Source: Fistulifera solaris
Taxonomy: Eukaryota
Length of the DNA: 64,000 nt
NCBI GenBank assembly: GCA_030295235.1
Contig: AP026134.1
Span: forward strand, 310,001 to 374,000
Direction: 5' to 3'
Below, piece after piece: positions 24,132-36,043 of this stretch (position 1 is its first letter; each line of letters opens with the position of its first letter). Below the pieces are notes generated by a model. It was not told the origin of the DNA. It did not search any database and was given only the letters and a program-made list of their open reading frames with translations. The position numbers were made by a program, and so were the translations under genes.

Positions 24132-27100
24132 CACCCTCACCTCGAATCGCAGAGTCGGGAACGGATATAGCAACATCCTGATGAGGAGAGATGGCTTCGT
24201 AATAAGACGTAGATGAATTGTCTTGAAGATACATTGGACGCATTGTGCGATGATGGGAAGTAGCATGATGCTTAGTGAAGTAATCCGCTTTGTTTCCAGC
24301 GCCAGCCTTCCAGTACACATGAAATTGACCTTGGCGAACACGGTCGCTGAATCCAATAGAATCGCATATCCATAGCCTTGGAGCGCTTTTGTTTGACTTT
24401 GTCATTGACAATGCCCGCAGCAGTGCTGTTGTCAGTTTGGATTGGAGTGGCAGGTTGGGGATGGCCCATTTCCTCCAAAGCGACACGTAAAGGACATGCA
24501 TTTTGGCGATTGAGAAATAACGCACCAAGTTCGGCTTCGGCTGCACTTGATACCACATGTTTCATGATTTGACAATAAACGGTGATGGCCATTGATGGGA
24601 GGAGAAGTCGGATCAGGAAGTTTGGTGGGATCGGAACTCAAAAAATAATAACCAGCCGCACGGGACCTCGCCCGGACACACTGAGATAAGAAGCATCGCT
24701 GTCGATCCACAATACCATGTCACTTGCCCGATAGCGAACAACGCCAGATGGGTGAGATGCACAATAATTTAGTAACTGCGTTAACGTCTCCATGGTCTTC
24801 ATTGTAGGCTGGGCTTGACACGCTGCAATGGAACCCAACGCCGGTAACATTGTGCAGTCGATGGCCCGAGCATAATATAATAGAACGCCAAGGATTTGTT
24901 GCAACAAATTAATGTTCTTGGCATCCAAGTAAGGCGTGTTGTCAGGGGCTTCTGCATACTGCGTTTTGGCCCCGTCGTAGGCTGCTGCCACGGGTGGGGC
25001 GAATCCTCGGGGCGGCCGGTTGGCGTGGGGTGTTGAAAACGAGTCAAGGCTCGTTCGATGTACCCAGGCATGGACAAGTCGACAGTGCGGTTGTTGTAAT
25101 CCCAATCAAGATTCAAGCCGACGTACCGAGAACCAGACCAATCTTCGGATAACCGATAACCAGTGTCGCTGAAGAGTTTGAAGGAGCCGATGGACATCGC
25201 GATCATCCGTGTATTTGACGGCAAAGTCATCCACAACTAAGGTGAAGGTTAGATCCGAACGGGAATCACGCCACAAGCCATGAGTATGTGGGACTGGATG
25301 ATACCCATGAGGAGCTAAGCGGGCAATAAGTTGATCGTTAGCCAATTTGCCGGCTTGGGGAAGTCCATACATGCCTTTGCTGACTGCAGCATACACGAAT
25401 CCATTGTGTATCAGTGGTTCCAGATTGTAGTGATCGATGATGTGCTGGGACAAAATGCTAACGGGAATGCGAATGTATTCCAAATTGCCCAAGATGGTTC
25501 CCAAATAATAGTCTTTGAGGTCCAAAGTCATCATTTTAGCCCCGGGTGTGGACAAGACACTATTGAAAAACAACTTGGCGGTTTCCAGCGCGGCGGTTTT
25601 GGTAGATTTGTCTCCGGCAAAATATATTTGATCGCCACCAATACACCAACGGACGCGGAAAGGATTTTCTTTTTCCGGACGGTAAGCACACACCACGAAC
25701 GTACGCTGCACGCATACCTTTGGGGATATCCTTGATGGAGATAAAATGAATAGTGTTGGACCCCCGGAATATGGCGGAAGCCTTGGGCTAAACGGTGAAC
25801 CTCTTCGTCGTTGCCGTTGACCCATTGTGGACCATCAGACGACCGACTTAGCTCAGGAAACTCAGCGACCTTGCCAGTGTCCGGGTTGAGCGCATTGCCA
25901 TGTAAAGCGTGATGAAGAAAAGATGAATCAACATCGGGTGGGCCAAGGAGAGTGGCAGAAGCTGCAAGTTCAACGGTCTTATTGGCTCGAGTGCCGTGAT
26001 GATGTTGGGGGCGCCTGACGGTGATTGCGATGAGGTTTGGTCTTCGTCTTGTGGCGTGGGCGACGACGGGTTACCGTTTTGAAGGGAGTGTCAACCGACC
26101 GGAAGTGTTGGGGCGATGCGGCAGGGTCAACTGGGACATCCGGGGGCGAAAGTAACGGATTTGCGACGGGGTGCTGGTGGAGGCATGCTGGGTGGTGAGC
26201 ACGGCGGAGACGGCCGAAACAGGGACCACAGAGGGGGGCTCCCGATAAGGCGTCGACCAGAGTTTTTAATTCGGCAACGTGGCTATCGGTGGTAACTGGA
26301 AGAGGGGAAGTGATGGATGTAGTGCGCAACGCCCTGAGTGACATCGCGGGAGGCCGGCCAAAAGAAGATCGGAAGCCGAAGGCGGTGGGCATGGTGACGT
26401 GTTCCGGGAACCATTCCAAGGTGTCGGTAATGCGTTCCATTTTGGTATCCCATATCCAGACGCTGAAAACACCGATATGACTCGAGTGCAGGCCCAAGAT
26501 ACCAGCCCTCGACAGCATGTGGCGCCCAAGTGGTACGTTGTCCTGGCTTTTCGTGAACCAATACCTTGGTGCCTGGGGGCCCAATTGGGGTTCGATCGAA
26601 ATTGAATGCACCATAGACTTGGGCATAAGCTGAAAGTTTATGATTGATTCGAGAAGTGCGAAGAAGGTTGAGGGTAAGTAGCGCCTGGGGCAATAACCGA
26701 TCCCAAAGATGAATGGGGAAGTTGCGGTCTGTGCTGCACAATCCCGCAATGAAATGATTTTGAAAAGTGCGGATGGCACGTTCGAGGCGTTGCGGCGATG
26801 CACATGAGGCGGCGTAAGTTGAAAATCAATGCCAGCGTCCGCCATGAACTCTTTCAATGAAAGGTCACATTCGTTGTCCAAGCGATGTAAACGGGGCTTA
26901 AGACCGGCACGGCATAAGGTAGCGTGGACGGTTTTGAAAGCTGTTAAGATATCCGAAGCTTTGCGACTGGCGATGGGCTCAGCGAAGATGCAGTTGCTGT
27001 CATAATCATACATGACGAACAGATAGTTGTTACCGGTGCTGGAGAGGGCCGGAAAACGTCCGGTTTGGTCGCTATATGTCTGGCCAGTGGGCTGGATTAT

Positions 27101-28253
27101 GCCGGCATAACAATGGTGAGAGCGCTCCGCGTCCGGTTCCGGGAGGGGGAAAAGCGTCATCGAGCACGGCTGCCTCATTATCTGCAGGGGCGGACAAAAT
27201 ACCAGGGCTTAGTGGAGCGAAGGTTTTTTCGCGAATTTGGTCCATATGTCCCTTAGCTGTGGCAACAGAGATGGGCGGATGCCGACGAAGCGCGTCGCGC
27301 GAAAGACCAGGGAAATGAGGCAATAAATCGCGTTGGAGAGCAACATCCAAAGTGGATAATGCCGGAGAAAAGAGTGCCGCATGTGCAAACGCCACCAAAG
27401 AGGCGGGAGTGGTGATGGAAACGCTGGCGTTAGCCGACTCGGAAAGCGAAGCCGAGTCAACCGGAACTGGAGTCACGGGTGACGTGTCAGCACCCTCAGA
27501 CACCGCCAAAGATAGGGACGGTGACGAGGCACCCTCAGACATGGGGGCAGATGAAACGTTGGGACACCGCTCACACACAGACAGAAACGGGCGACCATCA
27601 CATGGCGTAGGGTGCGACACACCCTCAGACACCGCCACAGGGGACAGAGCAGAGGAGCACGGCACATCCACCGACACCGCCAAAGCATCGGTCAGCGGAG
27701 ACGGGGATGGGTCCCCCACAGACACCGCCAGGGTGTTAAGGGCAACGGCGGTGCACGGGCGCACCCCTCAGACGTCGGGAAGGGGAGGAAAGAGGCAACG
27801 TCCACAATTTAGTGATGGGGCGAGCGCAAGCCAGACAAGATAACTGCATTGTTGTAATAGACATGAATAGCCTGCGCGAGTGAATTCGACATGACAGCCG
27901 GCATCGCATAACTGCCCAATAGACAATAGTGGTTTCGTGTGCAGATCGGGGGACAATGTGGGCCCGCCGAGCAGAGAGTGGCAAACCTGGTAACGAAAGG
28001 ATTGCATCATGAGTGGAATGCATGAGCGTACCATTGGGATTGGCAATGGTGATGGGGTTGGCTGTTGGCAAGCATGATTCGACAGGTGTGTCAATGGGCA
28101 AAAAGTGACTGGTGCACCCGGAATCGGCAATGCCATCAGTAACAGGGGGAAACGAGGGCGGGAGGACCTACAGTAGAAACATTAAAGGCAGACTCAGATG
28201 GTTTAGTATCTTTATCGTTCTTTGTAATGTGTACCGTAGGCTTCCCCCATCCC
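23968..28253 (-). CDS. pol: Copia pol (aspartic protease, integrase, reverse transcriptase, RNase H), fragmented by many frameshifts
   Basis: Protease IADSGCTSHF (~28120). Integrase YSDQTGRFP...LDNE...HRRNA. RT LDLKDYYL, KGMYGLPQAG and VVDDF. RNase H SDASYL, SAAEAE, TDNSTA, KAMDMRFYW and ADYFTKHH. The last frame runs into the 3' LTR. Confidence 0.92.
24132..24142 (-). other. Polypurine tract (AGGTGAGGGTG) abutting the 3' LTR
   Basis: Purine-rich run immediately upstream of the 3' LTR in element sense. Confidence 0.75.
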
Positions 28254-29392
28254 TCATGCTTGAGCAGTAGGAGCAACCGGCGTGGGGAGAAGCCCGGCGG
28301 CCACCGATGTTGATCTTGTTGCTGCCCTTGGTATGCTTGGCGGACTTGAGTGTGGCAGAGTGAATGTGTCCGTCCGCAGGGTGGTTGCATGTCTTGCTGG
28401 TATGTTCGGCGTTCATGCCAAGGCCATGCGTCCAACAATAATACATGCGGAATCCGCCTTCAGCGACCACTTCGTACGGATTCGTAGGTGCGGGAACCGT
28501 GGCACTGGCAGCGGCTAACTGGGGAACAACCGCAGGTGCCGGTGAGACCCCAGGAGGGATCACACTACCGGCCGAATTGGCATGATGATACCCAGCGACG
28601 GAGGTGGTAAGATGTTCCTGGAGGGCCTCATGTTCCTCAGTAAAGTAGTTCATGAAGTTGTCATATGTCTTCTCCGCGGCCGGCAGCCAAGCGTCGCAAG
28701 CGGACTGAAGAGTGCCGTGACCTGCAGTTTGAAAGAGAAGAAGGGTTTGATCCATCACGAGACGATCAGACAAAGGCTCCTCCGCAGCAATGGCGAAATC
28801 CCGGATCTCGACATGACGATTCCACAATGCCTGAATAGGCTGATTCGGTGTCCAAGCGGAGGCGAGACTGAGTCGATTGGCTTCAATCTCGGCTGCAGTG
28901 ATCTTGGTAAACTTATCTTTCAAATAGACTACCATCGCGTAGGCCGACACCCGCCCTGTTTCCAAATTGACACGGCCCAATCCAATCTCGGTGCCACGAA
29001 GAGACATCATGTAAATGGGATCGACGGCGGCGATGATTTGTTGGCGGAGCAGCTGATGGACGTACTCCTGGCGCAAGTAATCTTCAATCGCCGTGTCGTA
29101 GGCGATTAGCATCTGCACGCTGTGCACTTGTGGCATTGGCAGGGTAGGGGACAAGGGTGCCCGGATGGGTGAGAGGTTGAAAATCATGCCCGGTGAGTTC
29201 GCGAAACTCCTCACCAGAAAGGAGAAGACCGACATGGCCATGAGTGCCGCCCCAATGCGTAGACGGGACGGACAAAGCGTTGGCGATGACCTCGCTGTAT
29301 AAGCGATCGACGGTGGCGTAGGATGGTTTGCCCTTGATGGGAGTGAGATGCTCGTGTGGCACTCGAATGGAGGCAGATGAAAAGTCAGTCAT
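28254..29392 (-). CDS. gag: Copia gag
   Basis: LTPIKGKPSY, WGGTHGHVGL and the Cys/His motif YYCWTHG...HTSKTC...GH. Frameshifts between ORFs 29084-29446 and 28168-29241. The stop is uncertain (28254 or 28168). Confidence 0.8.
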
Positions 29393-29504
29393 GGTGATGA
29401 CACGGAGAGCACGCTTGTGCGGGATAAGAGAATGCGACGATGGCACCGGTGATAGCGACGCTGGCTAACCGAGAGAATACACTGAACGTGATGATAAGAA
29501 CGGG

Positions 29505-29517
29505 AATTCAGTAGAAC
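29505..29517 (-). other. Primer-binding-site position (GTTCTACTGAATT), non-tRNA type, complementary to LTR segment 29555-29566
   Basis: Directly follows the 5' LTR, lacks TGG, and pairs 12 of 13 nt with AATTCGTAGAAC in the LTR. Confidence 0.6.
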
Positions 29518-29691
29518 TGTTGATATCTATAAAATCAAAGTCAGCAACAAAAGTGTTCTACGAATTAATGAGCATAATGTTACTCGATTGCGAAGGAAGC
29601 GAAGGAAGTGAAGTCCTGGATTCGAGGATATCTGGGATTGCCTGAGGCGCGTCACTTATGGGTGTCGCAGTGGCTACAGGCATAATCAATA
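29518..29691 (-). repeat. 5' LTR (174 bp), termini TATTGAT...ATCAACA in element sense
   Basis: Direct repeat of 23959-24131, flanked by TSD GACGG. Confidence 0.96.
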
Positions 29692-30008
29692 GACGGATGA
29701 TGATGCAAGAAAACGGACGAGAAAAAATCGCGAGGATGAGTCATGTACCATCGTACCGGTTTTGTAATTACAAAATACCAACTACTGTTTGAGTACGATC
29801 AGACATCTAAGCTTATTCTACATGTCCGCGTATTATCAACAACTAATCACTCCCAACTTCAGGTCTAAATACAAGGTACTCCGAGTAACTCGATTCTCAA
29901 TATTGACATCATATGACGGGAAACCGATTGCTCTGATCACGGAGTCAACCATTAAAGATCAATTTCTATCGCTAAAAGAGATGTTTCTATTGACTCCGTC
30001 GACATTAT

Positions 30009-30969
30009 TTACCACGGAATTTCTAGTCCATCCTCGCAATTTCTGAATTTGCCCGATTTTTCCATGGTGAGCTGGATCGTTTCGTAGAGAACACGTTTGG
30101 CTCCGACCGGAGGATCCACCGCGCCTTCCGACTCCCAGGTATCCTTTAGTTCCAAAGTCATTTCCGTCTTTTGAAAACCAGGATGGAAAATACCAACCGC
30201 AATTCCCCGATTCTTGACTTCATTCGCCAACAAGACAGACAACATGTTGGCACTCGCTTTCGACATCTACATCATAATAATGAGTTTCGGATTGGTGTGG
30301 CTTTAACGTGACACAATCTTCGACTTACATGGTGCCCATAATTGCCGCCATTGGGAGACTGAACCTCTCTCCAACCAATGGAGCCGGCTTGTGACGTGAT
30401 CATGATTACTTTGGAGCCTTCCTTCAACAGATCTAAGAGAGCGGAAGTAACACGAAGGTGTCCACAGGCACTTATATCGATCGTTTTAATCTGCGTGGGA
30501 AAGTCAAGACTATCTAGCTTCTCACCCTCTTTTTCAGGAACCCAACGTTGTTAATCAACTGATCGGCGAAAAGAGAAGAGCATTCGTTAATATCGTAAAC
30601 ATTTACCAAGAGCGACTAAAATTAGTGACTTACAATGTCAATGGGACCACCGTCGATGTGTTCGCTTAAACCAGCACACTTCTCATCATCCGTCACATCA
30701 ATGCCCGAAACAATCTGTCGAACACCGAGTCCTTCTAGTTCCGACGAAGACGATCTGACAATGGCAATGACTTCGGCACCAACATGAGTCAGCTCCGCGG
30801 CCAAGGCCAGGCCTAGACCCTTGTCTGCTCCGGTCACCGCGACGCGTTGGCCCTTGAGGGAAGAGGGATCATAGACAGTGGTAATATCCAGGTAGCGCCG
30901 GTTGTTTTCACGTTTCGCGCGGGCAAAACGAGCCTTCTGGTCAGCGATGCTGTAGCGTTCGTCTGGCAT
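30009..30969 (-). CDS. Short-chain dehydrogenase/reductase (CsgA/C-factor-like), two introns
   Basis: VAVTGADKGLG Rossmann motif, LINNVG, ITSQAGS, YGHH|MSKA and FHPGF; C-terminal EDGLEIPW. GTAAGT introns at ~30560-30633 and ~30267-30328; one frameshift near 30530. Confidence 0.85.
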
Positions 30970-31990
30970 GACAAGTATGCAGTGCTGATAAAAATGGAGG
31001 ATAAAATGATAACCTGGTAGATTGGTTGATTTTAAAGAAGCGACAGAGATGAGCCGACTCGGTGTATGAAGAAAGGAACACTTCTCCAGTGATCGAACTA
31101 TTCTCATAATTTCATAGGATTCCGTAGGATCTCCGTTTCTCGTTCCTCCTTTCATCGAAAGAAAACGAGTTCTCTGACGCACGGATGAGAACGTCGAGAA
31201 TCATCGTTTAAAAAATGCCGATTAAGCGCCAACTTCTGCCGATGCACTATTCTGGAACAAGAGCATTGAGGTCCGTTTTTCAAGCAAATCGTTAAGAAAA
31301 CTGTTCGGAGCAAGGACAAAGACAAGAGTTGTGTTATTAGGCTTCTTGTCTATTTCATCATTATTTTGTCTGTTTCGTGTAACTGTTGTTGTTCGAACGT
31401 TGTATGACGTTAAATTCATGACTTAACCAGTCGCGACGACGTACAGCCTACATAATAATGCTATAGTAATCTTTAATGCAAAGCCTTTGGACTTGCGAGC
31501 GTTTGACCTTAACGATGGAAAACTGCATCAAAATAATGACCAAGCTAGTAAGCCGTGCGAACCATAATGAGACATTCTGTTTTCACAGATTTGTACATGG
31601 TGACGAAACTAATTGGAAAATGAATATTCACATTCAAGCTCGAAGCAACATATGTGGTTGACGAAACTGGAGGGGCAGTTCAATTCGGTGGTCGGTCGAT
31701 CTTGGCGTTCAGCGCTGTAGATGAGAGTCTTGAGACGACCGGTGGTCCCCAGACAGGAGCCCCGTTACTCACCAGGTGGATTTCATCCACTGGATCCGTT
31801 GTGTTTCTCTAACTAGTATTAGGGATTCAGTTCTCTCGCAGAGATGGATAGGACGTAGCATTAGTGAATTCTAGCCTTTTTTCGAAGCATTTCCTTTTAG
31901 GCGATTGATGCTAAAGCCAAATAATTGATGAAAGACTGGTCGACCAACACAAGAAGATAATAAAATTGTTAAAAGCTCCTTGCAAACTCA

Positions 31991-34192
31991 TTACTTGTTA
32001 AAACTTGCAACCTTTTCGATCAATACATCCACAATAGAAGGGTCAGCAAGCGTGCTGGTGTCGCCTAAACTGTCAACTTCATGACAAACAATCTTGCGTA
32101 GGATACGTCTCATAATCTTTCCAGATCTCGTCATAGGCAAGGAGGGCGTCACCAATATCATGTCCGGCGATGCGAAACCACCAATTTCCTTTCGAACCAA
32201 ATTCTTCAACTCATTGACCAACGCCTCAGACTCAGATTGTCCTTCGACCAGCATGACGAATGCCGCAATGCTTTGTCCCTTGATTTCATGCGGCTGCCCA
32301 ACAACCGCAGCCTGCGCGACGGCTCCGTGAGCCACCAAAGCGCTCTCTACTTCCGCGGTTCCGATGCGATGACCAGAAACGTTGAGAACGTCATCGACAC
32401 GGCCAATAATCCAATGGTATCCATCTTGATCCAAAATGACTGAATCGCCTGTGAAATAATATCCCTTATAAACGTGGAGGTAAGTCTTTAGATAGCGTTG
32501 GTGAGCATTGATGCACGTGCGGGCCATTCCAGGCCATGGTTTCGAAATGGCCAGAACTCCTTCATAGTGACCTTTTTCATCCGGTTCTGTGACGGGCGTC
32601 CCAGCTAAAGGATCCAATACGGCGGTTGCGATACCATAACTCGGCAACGTACAACTACCAGGTTTCATCGGCGTAATACCGGGGAAATTGGTAACGACAT
32701 GTCCTCCGGTCTCCGTCTGCAACGAACGATCAGTATGATGAAAGTAGGTCCACTGCTACAGTGCTCAAACCGCTCGTACGTACCTGCCAATAAGTGTCAA
32801 CAACCGTGCATTTGCTTTTACCCACAACCTCAAAATACCAACGAAAGGCTTCCGGATTGATGGGTTCTCCGACCGACCCAAGAACTCGAACAGTCGAAGT
32901 ATCATATTTGGTGGGGTACTCATCACCGTATCGCATCAACAGGCGAATGGCGGTAGGAGCCGTGTAAAATTGGGTGATTTTGTGACGCTGCACCATATCC
33001 CAGTACCGACCCGGATCCGGGTAGACCGGTGTCGATTCAAAGAGGAATGTGGTCGAGCCATTGAGCAACGGACCATAAACGACGTACGTATGACCCGTAA
33101 TCCATCCACAGTCCGCGACGCACGCAAACAAATCACCTTCTCTCAAATCGAACGTATTTTGGGTGGTGAATGCCGCATACAACGCATATCCTCCCGATGT
33201 GTGCATCAATCCTTTGGGTTTTCCGGTAGAACCAGCTGTTCCAGTGATGCAATTCAGAAAAATGAAGGATTACAAACACATTACTTCGAGTCGAGCACTT
33301 ACACGTATAGAGCAAGAACAAACCATCTTCGGAATCCATGGTTTCCGGAGGACAGTAGGGCCGCTGTTCCGCCACCAACTCGTCCATGCGCACATCCTTG
33401 GGCATCCGTTCGTACGGTAGTTCACTCTCGGGATGGTAAAAGCGCTCAAATACGAGGACTTTTTCTAACAATTCTTCACAATCTAACTTTTCCCGCGCCG
33501 CGTTGGCAATGTCCTTGAGAGGAATGGATTTTCCGCCGCGTCGTCCTTGATCCGCGGTAATCAAAAATTTGGAAGCCGCCGCCGAAATGCGTTGCGCCAA
33601 AGCTTCGGCGGAAAATCCGGCAAAGACGACCGAATGCAAGGCTCCAATCCTAGCACATGCTAGCATGGTCATGGCCAATTCCGGAATCATGGGCAAATAG
33701 ACCGTGACGACTTTTGGATGGACGTTGTTGTGAGCACGGCATCGAACGAGAAGGAGGCACTACAAAGAAGCGTGTACGTACCATCACCTTTCCGGACACC
33801 CGACATTTTGAGTGCATTCGCGATTTGCGAAACTTTTCGTTGCAGCTCCAAATACGTAATTTTGCGAATATCTGTCGGTTCGTCGCCTTCAAATACCATG
33901 GCCACTTGATCTCCGTTGCCATTGAGGACGTGTCGATCGACGGCGTTGTAACAAACGTTCAATTTGCCTCCCGCAAACCACGTAACATCTCCGGCATGAA
34001 AATCTCCCGCGAGACCTTGTGAGAAGGGCGTGAACCAATCCAAACGTTTCTGCGCTTCCGCCGACCAAAAAGCGGATGGATCGGCGATCGACTGGGCGTA
34101 CAATTGTTTGTAGTCGTCCAGCGACATGGCTCCTTCACCCAATGGGGCAATTTCTTTGGCAATCACATGGGGAGCCAAGCTTTTTCCGTCAT
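31991..34192 (-). CDS. ACS: Acetyl-CoA synthetase (AMP-forming)
   Basis: [32 protein letters not shown] (intron-split), [40 protein letters not shown] and [11 protein letters not shown]. Three introns. Confidence 0.95.
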
Positions 34193-34510
34193 TTTGTTGC
34201 AGTCACTGTTGTCGAATGACAAAAGAATGGGATGTATAACTTTAGGATCAGCAACACAAAGCGAATAATGAAGGCAGCGATCGTTTCGTTGTCATGCTGT
34301 CGTCCGCCTCTGATTTTGGATTTACCGTGAACCCCCCGGGGTACTATTTTACTATCGATACTGGAATCGCGCATGTACGCGCGCATACGTCATCTCAAAA
34401 CTTCAACCGCATTCTAACCTTTTAAGAAACGTCTAGAATGTCGCAGCAGTTATCAGCAATTCGAGTTACTCTAGGTTTACAGAAGTAATAGTACCAGTAC
34501 GCATTCATTG

Positions 34511-35605
34511 TTACAGTATCTCGTGAGGATTCGGTAAACCCCAACCTCCATCGGGTCGATTCAAGGAATCGAGAGCCTTCATTTCAATATCCGAAAGTTC
34601 AAAATCAAATATATCACTGTTGGAGACCATGCGTGTCTCGGTATTGGTCAAATAAACAATCGAGTAGCCCAGTTGATACAAATAGCGCAAGGCAATTTGC
34701 CCACCGTCCTTTCCATACTTGGATGCTAATTCAAAGACCAAAGGCGGCATCTCTGCGTATCCTCTGCCAAAGGGAGAATACGCCTGTGGAATAATGTCGT
34801 GGGCTTGACAGTAGGAAAGAATTTTGGGATACTGCAAGGTAACACTGGCTTCAAATTGATTCACCATCGGCTGTATCCTAGCTCCATCCTCTTTTAATTG
34901 TTCCAAATGATCCGGCGAAAAATTGGAAACACCAATCGACCGCACCCAACCCTTTTCGTACGCATTCTCCAAGACTTTCCACGCCGCGCTGCGACGCTGC
35001 CGATTGTCGGCTGCGGTACCTTCATTCCATCCAGCAGGCCAATGCAATAACATCAAATCGACATAGCCCACACCCAATTCAATTAAATTGGCTTCAAATT
35101 GTTTCTGCGCTGTGGTAGTGACTTGTTCGGGCGTCATGTGGGGCATATCCGCCATTTGATTCGTCGCAAAGGTGGAGGCGGTCGCGTCCGGGTGAAAGAT
35201 TTTCGTAGTGATCCACACTTGATTTCGATTTTCCAATCGTTGTGTCCGAAGCCACTCCCCCAGGACATATCCCATGGATCGTGGCGTCCGGTATATATAA
35301 GCTGTATCAAAGGCTCGCACACCCTTTTGTAAAGCCAATTCGATCTGTCGATACCCTCGTTCGGGGAGCATGCCCCGAAACGTCGAATGAACCGTCGGAT
35401 CTTTGCCGGGAAACGCGACTAGTTGTGCCGTTCCAAGTTGTAACAGAGGCATTTCGACGCCATTGTGGAGTGTGACGGTGGGGATGGCAAGAGGAGGAGG
35501 AGGAGGAGTATCGTAGGACGAAGCACAAGCTCCTCCTTCTTCAGTGACCGCGGGGCGTACCAGCAAAGCAATGACGATGCAGCACTTTTGAAGTTGTGTT
35601 CGCAT
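34511..35605 (-). CDS. Aldo/keto reductase with N-terminal hydrophobic leader
   Basis: AFDTAYIY, WITTK, DLMLLHWP, RSIGVSNF, NQFE and AYSPFG motifs in an intact 364-aa ORF. Confidence 0.92.
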   Translation of the reverse strand: MRTQLQKCCIVIALLVRPAVTEEGGACASSYDTPPPPPLAIPTVTLHNGVEMPLLQLGTAQLVAFPGKDPTVHSTFRGMLPERGYRQIELALQKGVRAFDTAYIYRTPRSMGYVLGEWLRTQRLENRNQVWITTKIFHPDATASTFATNQMADMPHMTPEQVTTTAQKQFEANLIELGVGYVDLMLLHWPAGWNEGTAADNRQRRSAAWKVLENAYEKGWVRSIGVSNFSPDHLEQLKEDGARIQPMVNQFEASVTLQYPKILSYCQAHDIIPQAYSPFGRGYAEMPPLVFELASKYGKDGGQIALRYLYQLGYSIVYLTNTETRMVSNSDIFDFELSDIEMKALDSLNRPDGGWGLPNPHEIL

Positions 35606-36043
35606 AATTCAGTTTGTTTGACTTGGATGTTTTTGGTTGTTGTGATATACTACAAAAGAAGGAGGAGCTGTTTTGTTTCTGTGGATAGATCTTTTTTTCT
35701 TTGGGTCGGAAGGCGGAAGGCGGAAAATCTGTTCGCAAAAGATACCACAGACCCTTTCTGTAGACGAGAGTACAATGTAGCTCTCGGTACGACAATGATC
35801 AAGTACCGGTACCGTACCGGATACGAAACTTCTACCGCCACCGCGCGATCGGCGATCGCATCTCTCGCATACCCGAAAGGAAACAATTGCATCGTACACA
35901 ATTACTTCTAAAAGCTTTGTATATTTACTTCGTTTGTTTAGGGTACACAACGAAAAGAATACACGTTCGAACAAGCAACTGCAGCGTCAAAAGTCGAGAC
36001 GCAATCCTCCATCTTGGTGAAATCAACAGCAATCGAAACGACA

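Larger units (their letters stand above)
23959..29691 (-). mobile_element. Full-length Ty1/copia LTR retrotransposon, diatom CoDi-like, 5.73 kb
   Basis: Two near-identical LTRs (23959-24131, 29518-29691). 5-bp TSD GACGG at 23954-23958 and 29692-29696. Gag-PR-IN-RT-RH order on the minus strand. Confidence 0.97.

Noticed and set aside
23968..29392. Calling the retrotransposon a degenerate pseudogene
   Set aside because: The LTRs have no substitutions and host genes show the same indel noise, so the breaks are more likely sequencing errors.
31772..31793. Short hairpin CCAGGTGGAT-TTC-ATCCACTGG in intergenic DNA
   Set aside because: Isolated short stem, compatible with chance; no ncRNA motifs around it.
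35802..35825. GTACCGGTAC palindromic motifs (also ~54649, 29754, 37111)
   Set aside because: Short low-complexity intergenic motif; no evidence of function from this window alone.
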